Virus record (IMG/VR): IMGVR_UViG_3300018063_000026
Span: 1-40,918 of that record
Source of the DNA: a virus
Taxonomy: Duplodnaviria > Caudoviricetes
Strand: one strand, 5' to 3'
Length of the DNA stretch: 40,918 nucleotides
Below are positions 17,858-27,631 of this stretch, piece by piece; the first letter of the stretch is position 1; each line of letters starts with the position of its first letter. Below the pieces are notes generated by a model. The model was not told the origin of the DNA. It was given only the letters and a program-made list of their open reading frames with translations, and made no database searches. A program made the translations under genes and the position numbers.

Positions 17858-19072
17858 ATGAGCAAGTCAAGACAACTGGCCGACATGGTCAACACTGACG
17901 CAGCCGGCCAGCGCAACTATTGGGGCTCAGTGGCAAACGAGGCAGCGATGCTCGCGCTGTCAAGTGCCGAGCGCGGAGACTGGTGCAAGCGAGCAGACCT
18001 CGCCGGCGCGGCGTACGAGCTCACCGCGTTGCCTCCATCGACCTTGGGCAATTGGGTCGAATCTGGTGGCGGCGGCACGCCAGCCGACGCAACGACAAGC
18101 ACGAAGGGCATCGTGCAGCTCACCGGCGGCCTGGCCGGCACGGCGACGGCGCCGACGGCGCTCGGCTACGCGAACACCGCGGCACTGCAAGCTGTCATCG
18201 ACGGCATCAATGCGGCGATCAATGCCAAGCAAGCCAGCTCGAGCAAGCTGTCGCAGTTCTCCGGTGTCGGATCGTCTGCCGGTGCGGTCGAGAACATTGA
18301 CGCGAACAGCGTTGCAATCCGCTCGTTCGGGATCAGTGCTTCGACATCGATCCCGACCCGCGCAGACGTGGATACGAGGTTCCCGCGCGTCTCCGATGGC
18401 TTGCCTGGCGGCGGCGTCGGGCTGGATAGCGATTGGGTCGTGCTGACCGACAAGCCACAGCGTGGAACCATGGCGCTGAAGGTTTCTGGTGCCTGGGCGA
18501 AGCAGGACAAGACCTACACGTGGGCGGCCAGACCAAGCGCGGTGACGTATTCAGGCGAAGTCATCACGATCAGCGACTTCAATCAGGATTTCTGGTCGAA
18601 CGGCACGAACTGGATTCCTATTGGTAAGGAACTGAGGTTCGGCAGCACGACGGCGACAGCAAATCACACTGGTACGACTACAGAAACAACACTTGCGACT
18701 CACACAATTCCGGCAGGACTGGTATTGCCAGGTTGTTCAATCGGGGCCGGAATGTTGTGGACGTTTACCGGTGCAGCCGACATCAAGACTCCACGCGCTA
18801 AGGTGGCAGGCTCATCCATTTTCAACCAGCCAACAGTCAATACAGACACCATTGTGCGCGTCCAACCAGTTATGGATGTGGCCGAGTCTGGTACTACGCA
18901 TACCATTTTGGCGCTCGGCACTAACGACGATGGTCATGATTTCGGTACTACAGCAGCGACACTTACTGCCGATTTCTCTGCTTCCGTGGATGTCACATTC
19001 ACCATGCAGCTTGTTAATGCTGCTGACGGTGCGATTTTGAAGCGGCGAGTAGTCGTCATCGAGTACTTGTGA
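17858..19072 (+). CDS. Secondary tail fibre-like protein
   Basis: MSKSRQLAD start; ADATTSTKGIVQLTGGLAGTA tail-fibre repeat motif. Confidence 0.7.
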   Translation: MSKSRQLADMVNTDAAGQRNYWGSVANEAAMLALSSAERGDWCKRADLAGAAYELTALPPSTLGNWVESGGGGTPADATTSTKGIVQLTGGLAGTATAPTALGYANTAALQAVIDGINAAINAKQASSSKLSQFSGVGSSAGAVENIDANSVAIRSFGISASTSIPTRADVDTRFPRVSDGLPGGGVGLDSDWVVLTDKPQRGTMALKVSGAWAKQDKTYTWAARPSAVTYSGEVITISDFNQDFWSNGTNWIPIGKELRFGSTTATANHTGTTTETTLATHTIPAGLVLPGCSIGAGMLWTFTGAADIKTPRAKVAGSSIFNQPTVNTDTIVRVQPVMDVAESGTTHTILALGTNDDGHDFGTTAATLTADFSASVDVTFTMQLVNAADGAILKRRVVVIEYL

Positions 19073-19073
19073 G

Positions 19074-19436
19074 ATGTCAAGCTCGGCGCGCATTGGTGGT
19101 CTACGAGCACTGTTCAGACTGATTGGTGCGCCGCCGCCGCCTTCGCCATCGCCGCCTTCGCCGCCGCCCGCACCGGCCACGTTCGACGACACGACGATGA
19201 CGACGACGTCGACAGGCACCGCACGCAACGGGCCTGGCATCTACCACGGCTTCACCGCGACCACCGGGTCAGGGACGGTCAGCGTCTACAACGGGCTCGA
19301 CGCTACGGGGACGCTGATCCACCAAGTGACGAACCCGACACTCGGCGTGTTCCAGGCGGCTCCCGGCGCGCCGATCGCCTGCGACAACATCTGGGCAGTG
19401 CAGGGCTCGCGAACCATCGCCTACAGGATCGACTGA
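19074..19436 (+). CDS. Hypothetical virion-associated protein with poly-Pro linker
   Basis: Tightly coupled to its neighbours; PPPPSPSPPSPPPAP followed by a small beta domain. Confidence 0.65.
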   Translation: MSSSARIGGLRALFRLIGAPPPPSPSPPSPPPAPATFDDTTMTTTSTGTARNGPGIYHGFTATTGSGTVSVYNGLDATGTLIHQVTNPTLGVFQAAPGAPIACDNIWAVQGSRTIAYRID

Positions 19437-21181
19437 TGGCTACCTGGTGGGTGCGTGGCGTGCAGTACTCCGGCGGTACGAACGACGGCACGTCGGACGC
19501 CAATGCTTTCATCGGCACCAAGAGGCTGTCGGACAAGCTCAACGACGGCACCGTTCAGTCAGGCGACACGGTGGAATTCAGCAACACCAATGGGCCGTTC
19601 ACGATTGCCGAAGCCGCTGACTGGCCGGCGTCGGTTGGGATCACAACGGCCCTCAGCAACACTTCGGCCGGCGGCATCATCCTTGGATCTGCGCAAGGCG
19701 CAGCGAGCAGTCTGAGCGGCAGGCGTCTGTCGATGCAGAACGGCACTGGTCAAGCTCACATCGACTATCGCGGTGCAACTGCAACAGGGCAGCGCGCGGT
19801 CGCAGCGCTGCGGTTGCGCGGCGAAGACTGGACTTTGTCCGCCCCGAAGATCACGGCTCCAAATTGGGCCTACATCCGCAGCTCAACAGGCTCGACGCGC
19901 ATTGCCGGGCCAACAGTCGGCGGCGATGCAGAGCAAGCCAGCTTCGAGAACATCGGCCTGATGGCGCTTGGTAGCGGTTTCACGATCGAGGACTTCGACC
20001 TATCGGGTGGGTTTGGTTGGTGTCGGTATGCACTCTACGTTGGTGTCAACGCGTCGCAAGTTTCTGGAGCCTCGAACAACAAGCAGGTAACGATTCGCCG
20101 CGGCCAGCTGTACGGTTGCCACAGCGGTTTCCAGATCCAGCCGTTCGGCCCTACCGGGACGGACAACGACTACGAAATGCGTCCAGGCACTCGCCTGCTG
20201 CTGCACGACGTGTTCATCGACCAGGCGTGCTGGGGCATCTACCCGGGCGAGCTGATCAAAGCGCGCAACGCAGCCGGGCATGGCAACGGCGGGGGAATGC
20301 TCGGGCGCTGGGCCGGCCGCGCGATCATGCGTGACTTCGAGGCTACCGGCGAATACCAGGACGGCTTCGCGATGGGTTTCGACTCAGGTGTGATCTGTCT
20401 GCGCCCATACATCCATGATATCGGCATTCCGCTGATAGACGAATGGCAGTGGGGCACTTCTTGGACGCTTCAAACCGGGCTGGCAAATGGCGAGGGAAAC
20501 GGCGTCAAGATGGGGCTATCAAGCGCCACAGGCACCGGCGTGCCACCAACTACATGGCTTGGCACTGACGGTACTAGCTCGGGGCTTGAAACAAACATCA
20601 ACCTACCAGAGCTTCGCAATATTCTGCACGGTGCGCGTATTGTGAATTGCCAGGGCATGGGGGTTACTAGCAATAATAGCTCCGGTGCATTCATTGGGTC
20701 ATGCGAGATATTCGACACAGGCCGTCAAGGAATAGCGCTGTTCATGCCAGCGGGCAAAGTTGGTAATTTCTTCTTGCACAACAACTTCATTCGCAAGCTG
20801 ACCAGCGAGCCAACCAATGCTCCATTGCATATTCAAGCCGGATGCCGAGTCTGGGCGTACAACAACGTCAGCTACAGCAACCAGGCGGTGGGCACGCAGC
20901 GCGACGTAATCATCGACTCGACCAGCGGTCTCGTGAAGGACAAGAACCTGCTGGTAACTGGCCGCATCGGTGGCAGCAATGCGGCTGGGTGGAACACGGC
21001 GAATGACATCTCTGTGCAAGTACCGCCGTGGACAGATGGAGCTGGCTTGCCAGCAGGGCACGCGCTGCGCACGGCTGGCACGCGAGCCGGGATTCAGGCA
21101 GCGCGAAGCCATGGTGCGAACCGCAGCAGATCAGGCGCGCTGTGGCCGGCCGGCAACCTTCCGTTGGGATGCTACCAATGA
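19436..21181 (+). CDS. Beta-helix tailspike-like protein
   Basis: MATWWV..GGTNDGTSDANAF N-terminus typical of parallel beta-helix proteins; Asn/Gly-rich repeats. Confidence 0.7.
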   Translation: MATWWVRGVQYSGGTNDGTSDANAFIGTKRLSDKLNDGTVQSGDTVEFSNTNGPFTIAEAADWPASVGITTALSNTSAGGIILGSAQGAASSLSGRRLSMQNGTGQAHIDYRGATATGQRAVAALRLRGEDWTLSAPKITAPNWAYIRSSTGSTRIAGPTVGGDAEQASFENIGLMALGSGFTIEDFDLSGGFGWCRYALYVGVNASQVSGASNNKQVTIRRGQLYGCHSGFQIQPFGPTGTDNDYEMRPGTRLLLHDVFIDQACWGIYPGELIKARNAAGHGNGGGMLGRWAGRAIMRDFEATGEYQDGFAMGFDSGVICLRPYIHDIGIPLIDEWQWGTSWTLQTGLANGEGNGVKMGLSSATGTGVPPTTWLGTDGTSSGLETNINLPELRNILHGARIVNCQGMGVTSNNSSGAFIGSCEIFDTGRQGIALFMPAGKVGNFFLHNNFIRKLTSEPTNAPLHIQAGCRVWAYNNVSYSNQAVGTQRDVIIDSTSGLVKDKNLLVTGRIGGSNAAGWNTANDISVQVPPWTDGAGLPAGHALRTAGTRAGIQAARSHGANRSRSGALWPAGNLPLGCYQ

Positions 21182-21513
21182 CCACATTTGAACTAGGCCC
21201 GGGTTTGCTGGCGCTATTGGGCAGCGTCGTCACGACCACCGGCGGCATTCTCGTCCTCTGGTTGAGTCAGAGACGTGAGTTCAAAAAGGCCGAAACGGCT
21301 CGATCAAGTGCAAAGCAACTCGTCGTTGAAGACGGCGCTAAGAAGGACGCGGCACTGAAGGACATTCACACACTTGTGAATAGCCGCCTGACGCGAGTTC
21401 TTCAAGAGAACGCCGAGTTCAAGATGATCATTACCGATCTCATTGCTGCCAAGCACACTACCAGAGCAGAGCAAGCCGCAACAGAGGCGAATGCCGAAGC
21501 AAGAATCAAATGA
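21178..21513 (+). CDS. Single-TM coiled-coil protein (holin-like, putative)
   Basis: ATGA overlap; N-terminal TM (LLALLGSVVTTTGGILVLWL) then charged coil with IHTLVNSRL. Confidence 0.55.
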   Translation: MTTFELGPGLLALLGSVVTTTGGILVLWLSQRREFKKAETARSSAKQLVVEDGAKKDAALKDIHTLVNSRLTRVLQENAEFKMIITDLIAAKHTTRAEQAATEANAEARIK

Positions 21514-21522
21514 TCGACACCA

Positions 21523-21556
21523 AGGCAAGAATTCATTCAGGGAGAGAGGAGAGCAT
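21523..21556 (+). promoter_or_regulatory. Putative late promoter copy 3, degenerate (AGGCAAGAATTCATTC-N12-GAGCAT)
   Basis: GGCAAGAATTC core with the same spacing to an nAnnnT hexamer; intergenic. Confidence 0.5.
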
Positions 21557-21573
21557 CACTTAAAGGAATTCCC

Positions 21574-21849
21574 ATGGCCATGAAACTCGTTCTCTTCGCC
21601 GCGCTCGCGGCCGTCACACTGCCGGTGGCGGCCAAGGAGATTGGTTCAGTCTCGAACGGCCGCGCGGCAATCGTGCTGTTCGATGATGCAAACGATTGCC
21701 CAACAGGCACCACGGCTGCGCTGTACATCGACCACCGCCAGCGGGTCAAAGGCTGCTGGTACGAGTGGCTAGGCAATGTGCGCCTCACGTTCGACGACGA
21801 CGATTCTTTTGTCATCCCGCGTGCCAAGTTCACAGTAAGAAGCCTGTGA
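21574..21849 (+). CDS. Secreted hypothetical protein with signal peptide
   Basis: AAAGGA RBS; KLVLFAALAAVTLPVAA signal peptide; two Cys. Confidence 0.75.
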   Translation: MAMKLVLFAALAAVTLPVAAKEIGSVSNGRAAIVLFDDANDCPTGTTAALYIDHRQRVKGCWYEWLGNVRLTFDDDDSFVIPRAKFTVRSL

Positions 21850-21856
21850 GGCGATC

Positions 21857-22102
21857 ATGTCGGACGAACTATTCGACACGCGCCTGTGGTTCTACAGCGG
21901 GCACGGCATCGCCAAGCTACACGGCTGCATCGTCAAATTGATCAAAGCCCCGGTGCTGCGCGGGCTTGAGGTCGATGAGCTGGACTACTGCCCAGATACA
22001 GGCACCGCTGAGATCCAGCCTGTGCGGTGTGCTCGGCGCGACATGACGCGCGATGAGATCTGGTGCTGCGACGCGCTGCTGCTGTCGCTGTGCCCACGGT
22101 AG
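21857..22102 (+). CDS. Hypothetical protein
   Basis: GAGG RBS; 81 aa. Confidence 0.7.
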   Translation: MSDELFDTRLWFYSGHGIAKLHGCIVKLIKAPVLRGLEVDELDYCPDTGTAEIQPVRCARRDMTRDEIWCCDALLLSLCPR

Positions 22103-22214
22103 CGGGGAAGAACTCGTCCACCTGAGCGCGCAGGTGGCGCCTCAAGCACTGTACGCGCGTCCATGCCGCCCTATGACGTCGGATCGTCGAATGGCAGCGC
22201 ATCCTGCGCGCTGT

Positions 22215-22261
22215 GGATTGCAAATCCGTCCAGGGCGGTTCGACTCCGCCCCGCGCCTCCA
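22215..22261 (+). mobile_element. attP core: 3' half of tRNA-Cys(GCA)
   Basis: GGATTGCAAATCC anticodon arm, GGTTCGACTCC T arm and CGCGCCTCCA end; the 5' acceptor strand and D arm are absent; near the integrase 3' end. Confidence 0.88.
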
Positions 22262-22264
22262 CTC

Positions 22265-22465
22265 TCACAGCGGCCGTTCTGGGCCGGTTCCGATGGCTGG
22301 GTGATGGGGAAGTTCTCGCCCATCAAGCTGCTGCGGTGCCACAAGCGAGCGCAGCACAGCGCACAGCTTGTCGCACTCCTTCTGCGTCAAGTCGCGCGGC
22401 ACAACTAGTTGCGCAAGGTAGCCTCCCATCGGGATTGGGAAGCACATCGTTCTCCGCACGTTCAC
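22265..22465 (-). CDS. Hypothetical protein
   Basis: Likely GTG start; FPIPMGGYLAQLVVPRDLTQKECDKL looks protein-like. Confidence 0.5.
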   Translation of the reverse strand: MNVRRTMCFPIPMGGYLAQLVVPRDLTQKECDKLCAVLRSLVAPQQLDGRELPHHPAIGTGPERPL

Positions 22466-22484
22466 GCCGCCAGCTTCCAGATCT

Positions 22485-22577
22485 TCACACCGCCATGCAG
22501 TAACGCAGTACCGCCAACAGCGACAGCGCCAGCACACCAACAGCGAGGAGGACGCTAGCCAAGCGTTCCAGATCCAT
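22485..22577 (-). CDS. Small hydrophobic peptide (30 aa)
   Basis: ATG overlaps the integrase stop (TAATG); single TM-like stretch. Confidence 0.35.
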   Translation of the reverse strand: MDLERLASVLLAVGVLALSLLAVLRYCMAV

Positions 22578-23551
22578 TACGCCGCTCGCTTCCCGATCCG
22601 CCCCACTGCATCGCGCAGGCTCGCAGTCGAGTGGTGCGCGTAGCGCCTGGTGCTCGCGTTCGACTTGTGCCCGAGCACGGCCCCAACGGTGTAGAGCGGC
22701 ACGCCGGCGTTGAGCATCGCCGACGCCGCGCTGTGGCGCAGGTCGTGCACCTTCAGGTTGTGGATCCCTACCGCCGCGCAGGCCTTGCGGAAGTGATAGC
22801 GCAGCGTCTCGTAGGCAGGCCACTCGTAGCCGATGCAGCAGCGGATCTTCGGGTGGATCGGGATGCGACGCGGCTCGCCGTTCTTCGTGTCGTGCAGCAC
22901 GAACTCGTTGCCATCGACCTCGGCGCGCCGCAGTTCCCCGATCCGCATGCCGCTGTAGAACGCGATCCTGATCGCCGCTCGCGCCTGCCAGTGGTTGCAC
23001 GCTCTGGAAAGCTGCAGCATCTGCCGCCGGTCGATGTAGACCTGCCGTTCGTTGCTCACGGCCGGCATGACGACGGCGGCGGCCGGGTCGTGCTCGGCCA
23101 TCTTGTGGTGCTTCCAGCCCCAGCGGCAGGCACTGGTCAGGTAGCGCAGCCGGTTGCGGATCGTGGCCGGCGCCAGCCGACGCTCGCCGGAGCGGTGGTC
23201 GTGCGTGTACTGCGCGCACACGTCGGCCAGCGTCTCGATAGGCCGGCCGATGTAGTAGTCGGAGATCAGCGCCAGTTCGGTCGCGATACCGTGCCCGTCT
23301 TTCAAGTTCACGGCTCGCTCGTCGAGGTAACGAGCGACAGCCTGGTCGATGGTGTAGCGCTGGCGTTCGAGCCCGGTTGCGATGGCGTAGAGCCGCGCGC
23401 TTTCCTGGCGATCGTAGGCGTCAGCTTGCGAGCGACTCCATGCCGCCGGAAGCAGCTTTCTAGCTCGGACGCGCCGCCCTCCGATGCGACGGCTGAACTC
23501 AAACGCAAAGCGCCGGCGGCCTGCACGGTCGAGGATGGTGCTGATCGGCAT
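22577..23551 (-). CDS. int: Tyrosine integrase
   Basis: SGMRIGE, TKNG, HDLRHS, LGH and RY catalytic motifs. Confidence 0.95.
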   Translation of the reverse strand: MPISTILDRAGRRRFAFEFSRRIGGRRVRARKLLPAAWSRSQADAYDRQESARLYAIATGLERQRYTIDQAVARYLDERAVNLKDGHGIATELALISDYYIGRPIETLADVCAQYTHDHRSGERRLAPATIRNRLRYLTSACRWGWKHHKMAEHDPAAAVVMPAVSNERQVYIDRRQMLQLSRACNHWQARAAIRIAFYSGMRIGELRRAEVDGNEFVLHDTKNGEPRRIPIHPKIRCCIGYEWPAYETLRYHFRKACAAVGIHNLKVHDLRHSAASAMLNAGVPLYTVGAVLGHKSNASTRRYAHHSTASLRDAVGRIGKRAA

Positions 23552-23727
23552 GATTCCCGGAACGTCTCCACGTCTGCCGGCGCAAAGCGTACTGCACGGC
23601 CGCCGGCGGTCGGCCGAAAGCCGCGCATCAGGCCCTTGGCGTGCAGCTCGTACACCGCTCGCGCGCTGATCCCGAGCCGCTCCCCAACTTCTGCGGCGGT
23701 CATGTCGGGAGGAGCTGGCAGGCTCAT
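23308..23727 (-). CDS. xis: Excisionase (HTH_17-like), overlapping the int 5' end
   Basis: MTAAEVGERLGISARAVYEL..GGRAVRF winged-HTH pattern immediately upstream of int. Confidence 0.75.
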   Translation of the reverse strand: MSLPAPPDMTAAEVGERLGISARAVYELHAKGLMRGFRPTAGGRAVRFAPADVETFRESCRSAPSSTVQAAGALRLSSAVASEGGASELESCFRRHGVARKLTPTIARKARGSTPSQPGSNASATPSTRLSLVTSTSEP

Positions 23728-24251
23728 GTCTCGTCGCGATCCTCGTCGTCATTATCGACATCCGTGTTCAGCGGCTTGTCTGGCGGCGTCAGCGTGATGA
23801 TGACCTCCTGCCCGTTCTTCGCCCACAGCAGGCCGGCGCCCTCTGGTTCCACGTCGGATGTCCCGACCCGAAACGACAGCTCGACGGTGCCGCCTTGCTT
23901 CGGCGCGACCTTGAACTCGTCGACCTTGCAGGCGCCGCACACGCTGATTCCGTCGATGCCGTGGTCGATCATGAGGTTCCAGCCGTTGAGCGTGCTGGTG
24001 AACACCAGATGGTCGATACCGAGCGTGCGCAGCAGCGGCGTGCATTCCTCTATGCCTGGCAGCTCATTCTGACCGTCCGGCTTGGTGTAGAGCGTGCTCC
24101 GCATGGTCGCCGACAGCTTGTCAAGGATCGTGTTGGCCGCCGTGATCTTGAGGCGCAGGCTGATGGCCGGCACGTCCTCGGCGCCGTGCTTCTCGACGCG
24201 GTTGGTGACGCTGGCGAGCGTGGCTACGGTATCTTCGAGGGCGAAAGTCAT
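23724..24251 (-). CDS. Hypothetical phage protein
   Basis: 175 aa, ATGA-coupled in the leftward operon. Confidence 0.8.
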   Translation of the reverse strand: MTFALEDTVATLASVTNRVEKHGAEDVPAISLRLKITAANTILDKLSATMRSTLYTKPDGQNELPGIEECTPLLRTLGIDHLVFTSTLNGWNLMIDHGIDGISVCGACKVDEFKVAPKQGGTVELSFRVGTSDVEPEGAGLLWAKNGQEVIITLTPPDKPLNTDVDNDDEDRDET

Positions 24252-24505
24252 GCGGGCTCCGTTGTGGTTGGTTCGGTGGCGCCGATGGCCTCGGCGATGA
24301 CAGGCTCTGCGACCGTGACGATCAGCTCGTCGAAACCGTGCTCGGGGCCGAACTCGTGCCAGTGGTTGACGATCGCGCGCAGTGCCGCCAGCATGCGCGG
24401 CGCGGCCTTGTACAACCTCGCCGTGGCGTCCAGCGTCGCGCGCTCGGCGGCGAGGTAGCGCTGCTTCTCGGCTTCGATGGCTCTGGCTTCGTCGTCGGTG
24501 CTCAC
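24248..24505 (-). CDS. Hypothetical protein
   Basis: GTGA overlap with the upstream stop; ARLYKAAPRMLAAL motif common in phage early proteins. Confidence 0.7.
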   Translation of the reverse strand: MSTDDEARAIEAEKQRYLAAERATLDATARLYKAAPRMLAALRAIVNHWHEFGPEHGFDELIVTVAEPVIAEAIGATEPTTTEPA

Positions 24506-24747
24506 GTCTGCGGCTCCTGTTCTGCCTTGGAGTCCTCGACCTTCACATCGGCAGCGAGCAGATAGACAAGATCGTTTTGAGATGCGACTCTGACGCTGTA
24601 TTCCATTGCGGCGACATAGCGCAGCACCGCAGCAGGGTGCGCTGCGTTTACCAGGCGGGCAATCCTGCCTTTCTGTAGGACAACGTAGATGCGCTCGGCG
24701 GGCGATTTCTTTTGCGTGGTGGGTTCGATCATTTGGATGGTGCTCAT
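24502..24747 (-). CDS. Hypothetical protein
   Basis: 81 aa, coupled start and stop. Confidence 0.7.
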   Translation of the reverse strand: MSTIQMIEPTTQKKSPAERIYVVLQKGRIARLVNAAHPAAVLRYVAAMEYSVRVASQNDLVYLLAADVKVEDSKAEQEPQT

Positions 24748-25058
24748 TCTTCTGCCTCGTAGGTTGCTGCAAAGATGTCAGGCTTGCACGGGTAGCGCTC
24801 GCCATTGACGCCGGTGATGATCCAGTCACCAGGGCAGACGCGGTGCCCCATCTCCAACGTGTCGATCCAGCCATGCACGTGCATGCGCGAGAAGCAGTGC
24901 CGGCACTGCTTCTCGCCACTCACGTCGGGATGGCGGAAGTAGCGAACCACCTTGCCCTCGAACTTCTCTCCTTCGAACGCGCCGCTGGTGAATCGCTCGT
25001 CGCCATCCTCTTGGTGGTCGCCGTTCTTGAACCACTGCGTCGCATCACGGTACTTCAC
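24744..25058 (-). CDS. Phage protein with PGDWII...YPCKPDIF motif
   Basis: [37 protein letters not shown] is a widespread phage motif. Confidence 0.8.
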   Translation of the reverse strand: MKYRDATQWFKNGDHQEDGDERFTSGAFEGEKFEGKVVRYFRHPDVSGEKQCRHCFSRMHVHGWIDTLEMGHRVCPGDWIITGVNGERYPCKPDIFAATYEAEE

Positions 25059-26104
25059 TTGCCGCCCTCCAACCGTTGCACCAGCGCGACCAGCTCTGCG
25101 TGCTGATCTGCCGGCAGCGCCAAAGCCTCGTCGAGCAGCAGCGCGCGCTCGTCGGCAGTCTTTGCGTCGCGCAGCAGGTCGTACAGCTGCGCGTATGTGC
25201 GCGCCGACGGCGTGGCGCTAACCTCGCCGGTCTCTGGATCGACAGGGGCAGCTGGTTTTTTCGCCGGCGCATTACGCTCTTTGATTGCCGCCTTCGCCTT
25301 GTCCGCTGCGCTTTGCCCGACCGGCGGCTCGGACTGCGGATCGACCTCGAACCAATCAGCCGCGGTGCTCATGCCATCGCGCAGGCTGGCGTACACCTTC
25401 TTCAGGCTCACCACCTGAGCCGGCTGAATCGCGTCGAGCCGTCGCTGGATGCGCCGCTCGATCTGCTCGCGCGTGACGCCGAAGGTACCAAATGCGGCGG
25501 CCATCTTCTGCATAGCCTCCGGCGACGTGTCGGCCTTGGCCTTCATCGTCGTCTCGCATTGCTCCAATGCCGTTTCCGTCACGTCGCCAGGGATGATGGC
25601 CAGGATGCAAGCACGCAAGCGCCGCGCGCCCATGTTGGCCACGAGTTCGTAGATGTCGCGCGGGTCTTCTAGCCTCTTCGATCCTTGCCTCGTGTGCCTG
25701 ATGTGCGGCACCTGGAACGCGACTTCGCGCCGCGTGTTGGTTTCCATGTCCCAGCAAAACGCCTGCACGGTGCTCTCGCCGTTGCGCTGGTCAAGCTCAC
25801 GAATCCCGAACGAGACATTGCCCCACGCCTGCGCGAGCGTTTCAGCGAGCCGAATCGACGGGCCACTGATGTCCGTGCCGCCGCGGCTGTAGCTGTACAC
25901 CGCCGCGTCGGCCAACGTCGGCCGCGTGCAGGCATTGAGGATGCGATCCATCGCTGCGATCTGGTCGCGCGGGTTGGCGCGCGCAATCATCATCGCCGCC
26001 TGCACTTCTGCGATGCCGCGGTGCTGGTCGGTCTGCGCGAGCGCGCTGCTCGGCGCGGCCGCGACCTTGGCGGCTGCGAACGGCGAGTCGACGGTTTCGG
26101 TCAT
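25055..26104 (-). CDS. Putative ssDNA-annealing/recombination protein partnering YqaJ
   Basis: Directly downstream of YqaJ; [21 protein letters not shown] motif. Confidence 0.65.
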   Translation of the reverse strand: MTETVDSPFAAAKVAAAPSSALAQTDQHRGIAEVQAAMMIARANPRDQIAAMDRILNACTRPTLADAAVYSYSRGGTDISGPSIRLAETLAQAWGNVSFGIRELDQRNGESTVQAFCWDMETNTRREVAFQVPHIRHTRQGSKRLEDPRDIYELVANMGARRLRACILAIIPGDVTETALEQCETTMKAKADTSPEAMQKMAAAFGTFGVTREQIERRIQRRLDAIQPAQVVSLKKVYASLRDGMSTAADWFEVDPQSEPPVGQSAADKAKAAIKERNAPAKKPAAPVDPETGEVSATPSARTYAQLYDLLRDAKTADERALLLDEALALPADQHAELVALVQRLEGGK

Positions 26105-27012
26105 GACTTTTCCTTTGCGAGTAACAGCCGGCGCGATGGCTCGCTTGGCTTAGTGAACTGCGCGGCGATGTCCGGATGTGCAGCCCTGAGCGCCGCGCCG
26201 TCCAAGCGCATCGCCGGCTTGCTCGCGCGCCACGTTGCCAGCACGGCGCCATTGCCACCTACCAGCGTGTCGCGTTCGCCGAGGAACTTGAGCACCGTTG
26301 CCCGCGCCGCTTCCTCCTGGGACTCCAGCTCGGCAATGCCCCTGCGCGTTGCGTACACGGTCGCCAACGCGTCGACCACGTCCGGGGTGGCATACGCCTG
26401 CTCGGCCCGACTAGCGCGCCCGTAGCGCGCCTGTACTTCTGCGAGCGATACTGGCTCGGGCGGCTCGCCGCGCTGCACGCGGGCCCAGAATTCTGCGCCG
26501 GCATCGATGAGCATTTGCTGCAGCTCGCGGTCAGCCTCGACGGTGTAGATCCGGAAGTCGCTGCCGCCGATGAGCACGGCCACGTCGGCGAGCGCGAAGC
26601 CGCTGACCTCCATGTACCACTGGCTCTGCAGCAGGTACGGTTGCGGGATGTCGCTCGATCCCGGCTCACCCCAGCCGTCGCCGCTGCGCGCGGTCTTTCC
26701 CTCGTACACGCGCGGCTCGGTCGTGAACCCGTCGAGGTTCGCGATCATCCAATCATGCTTCGGGTGACGCACGAGCCCGTCGTACATGCGCACTTCGCTG
26801 CCGGTCACGTCCGCGTAGCGCTGGCGCACGACGGGTTCGAGCAAGCGGCCCCAGAGCATCGCGTCGTTGTCAGGCTGCGGCGGGGCTTCGCCGCGCTTGT
26901 CGAGATAGACCTCGTAGGGCGTCCTCCATTGCGACAGCCCGAGGATGGCGGCGATTTCGCTACCCCCGACCCCTGTCTTACGGGCTTCGAGCCAGTCGGT
27001 GCGCGCGTTCAT
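26101..27012 (-). CDS. YqaJ-like (lambda exonuclease family) recombination nuclease
   Basis: WLEARKTGVGGSEIAAILGLSQW, ANLDG, EGKT and Y..QSQWY motifs. Confidence 0.92.
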   Translation of the reverse strand: MNARTDWLEARKTGVGGSEIAAILGLSQWRTPYEVYLDKRGEAPPQPDNDAMLWGRLLEPVVRQRYADVTGSEVRMYDGLVRHPKHDWMIANLDGFTTEPRVYEGKTARSGDGWGEPGSSDIPQPYLLQSQWYMEVSGFALADVAVLIGGSDFRIYTVEADRELQQMLIDAGAEFWARVQRGEPPEPVSLAEVQARYGRASRAEQAYATPDVVDALATVYATRRGIAELESQEEAARATVLKFLGERDTLVGGNGAVLATWRASKPAMRLDGAALRAAHPDIAAQFTKPSEPSRRLLLAKEKS

Positions 27013-27317
27013 GCGAGCCACCACAGGGCAACCGCGGCCCCGCCGATGGCGCCAGCGCAGACCCATTGCGGCAGCGTCCGATCCGCGAGCCAGTCGAGCA
27101 GAAGCAGCAGCAACGGCGGCTCGACGACGCACTCGACCGGATCGGCGTACTCCGCATCGCGCGGGAAGGCACCGTTCGCCGCGTACATCGTGCGCGGGTG
27201 GCGCCTAGTGGTCGGCGTGTGGCACGTGCAGCCCATCTCCATTTCGCACGTGCCGACACACTCGGATGGCTTGGTGTAGAGGTGGCGCAACGTTTGGCGG
27301 CGCGGGTCGGCGTTCAT
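27009..27317 (-). CDS. Hypothetical membrane protein
   Basis: ATGA-coupled; C-terminal hydrophobic segment. Confidence 0.65.
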   Translation of the reverse strand: MNADPRRQTLRHLYTKPSECVGTCEMEMGCTCHTPTTRRHPRTMYAANGAFPRDAEYADPVECVVEPPLLLLLLDWLADRTLPQWVCAGAIGGAAVALWWLA

Positions 27318-27631
27318 GTTTCGTCCTCCGCGTCGCCGTCGCCTTCGCCGTCGCCGTAGCCGGAGCCGTAGCCGTCGCCGGAGCCGGAGCCGTAGCCGTC
27401 GCCGTAGCCGGAGCCGTAGCCGTAGCCGGAGCCGGAGCCGTCGCCGGAGCCGGAGCCGGAGCCGAAGCCGAAGCCGGAGCCGGAGCCGGCGCCGTAGCCG
27501 TCGCCGTCGCCTTCGCCGTAGCCGTAGCCGTCGCCGGAGCCGGCGCCGGAGCCGTAGCCGTAGCCGGCGCCGGAGCCGTAGCCGTCTCCGGAGCCGTAGC
27601 CGTCGCCGGAGCCGGAGCCGGACTTGTTCAT
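27314..27631 (-). CDS. Gly/Ser/Tyr/Asp low-complexity protein, copy B
   Basis: MNKSGSGSGDGYG...DAEDET; ATGA overlaps at both ends. Confidence 0.65.
   Translation of the reverse strand: MNKSGSGSGDGYGSGDGYGSGAGYGYGSGAGSGDGYGYGEGDGDGYGAGSGSGFGFGSGSGSGDGSGSGYGYGSGYGDGYGSGSGDGYGSGYGDGEGDGDAEDET

Noticed and set aside
22118-22137. Inverted repeat CCACCTG-N6-CAGGTGG near attP
   Set aside because: Short, no U tract and a single instance; it cannot be assigned as a terminator or integrase arm site.
22186-22261. Complete tRNA-Cys gene
   Set aside because: The 5' acceptor strand and D arm are missing; only the 3' half is present, which fits attP.
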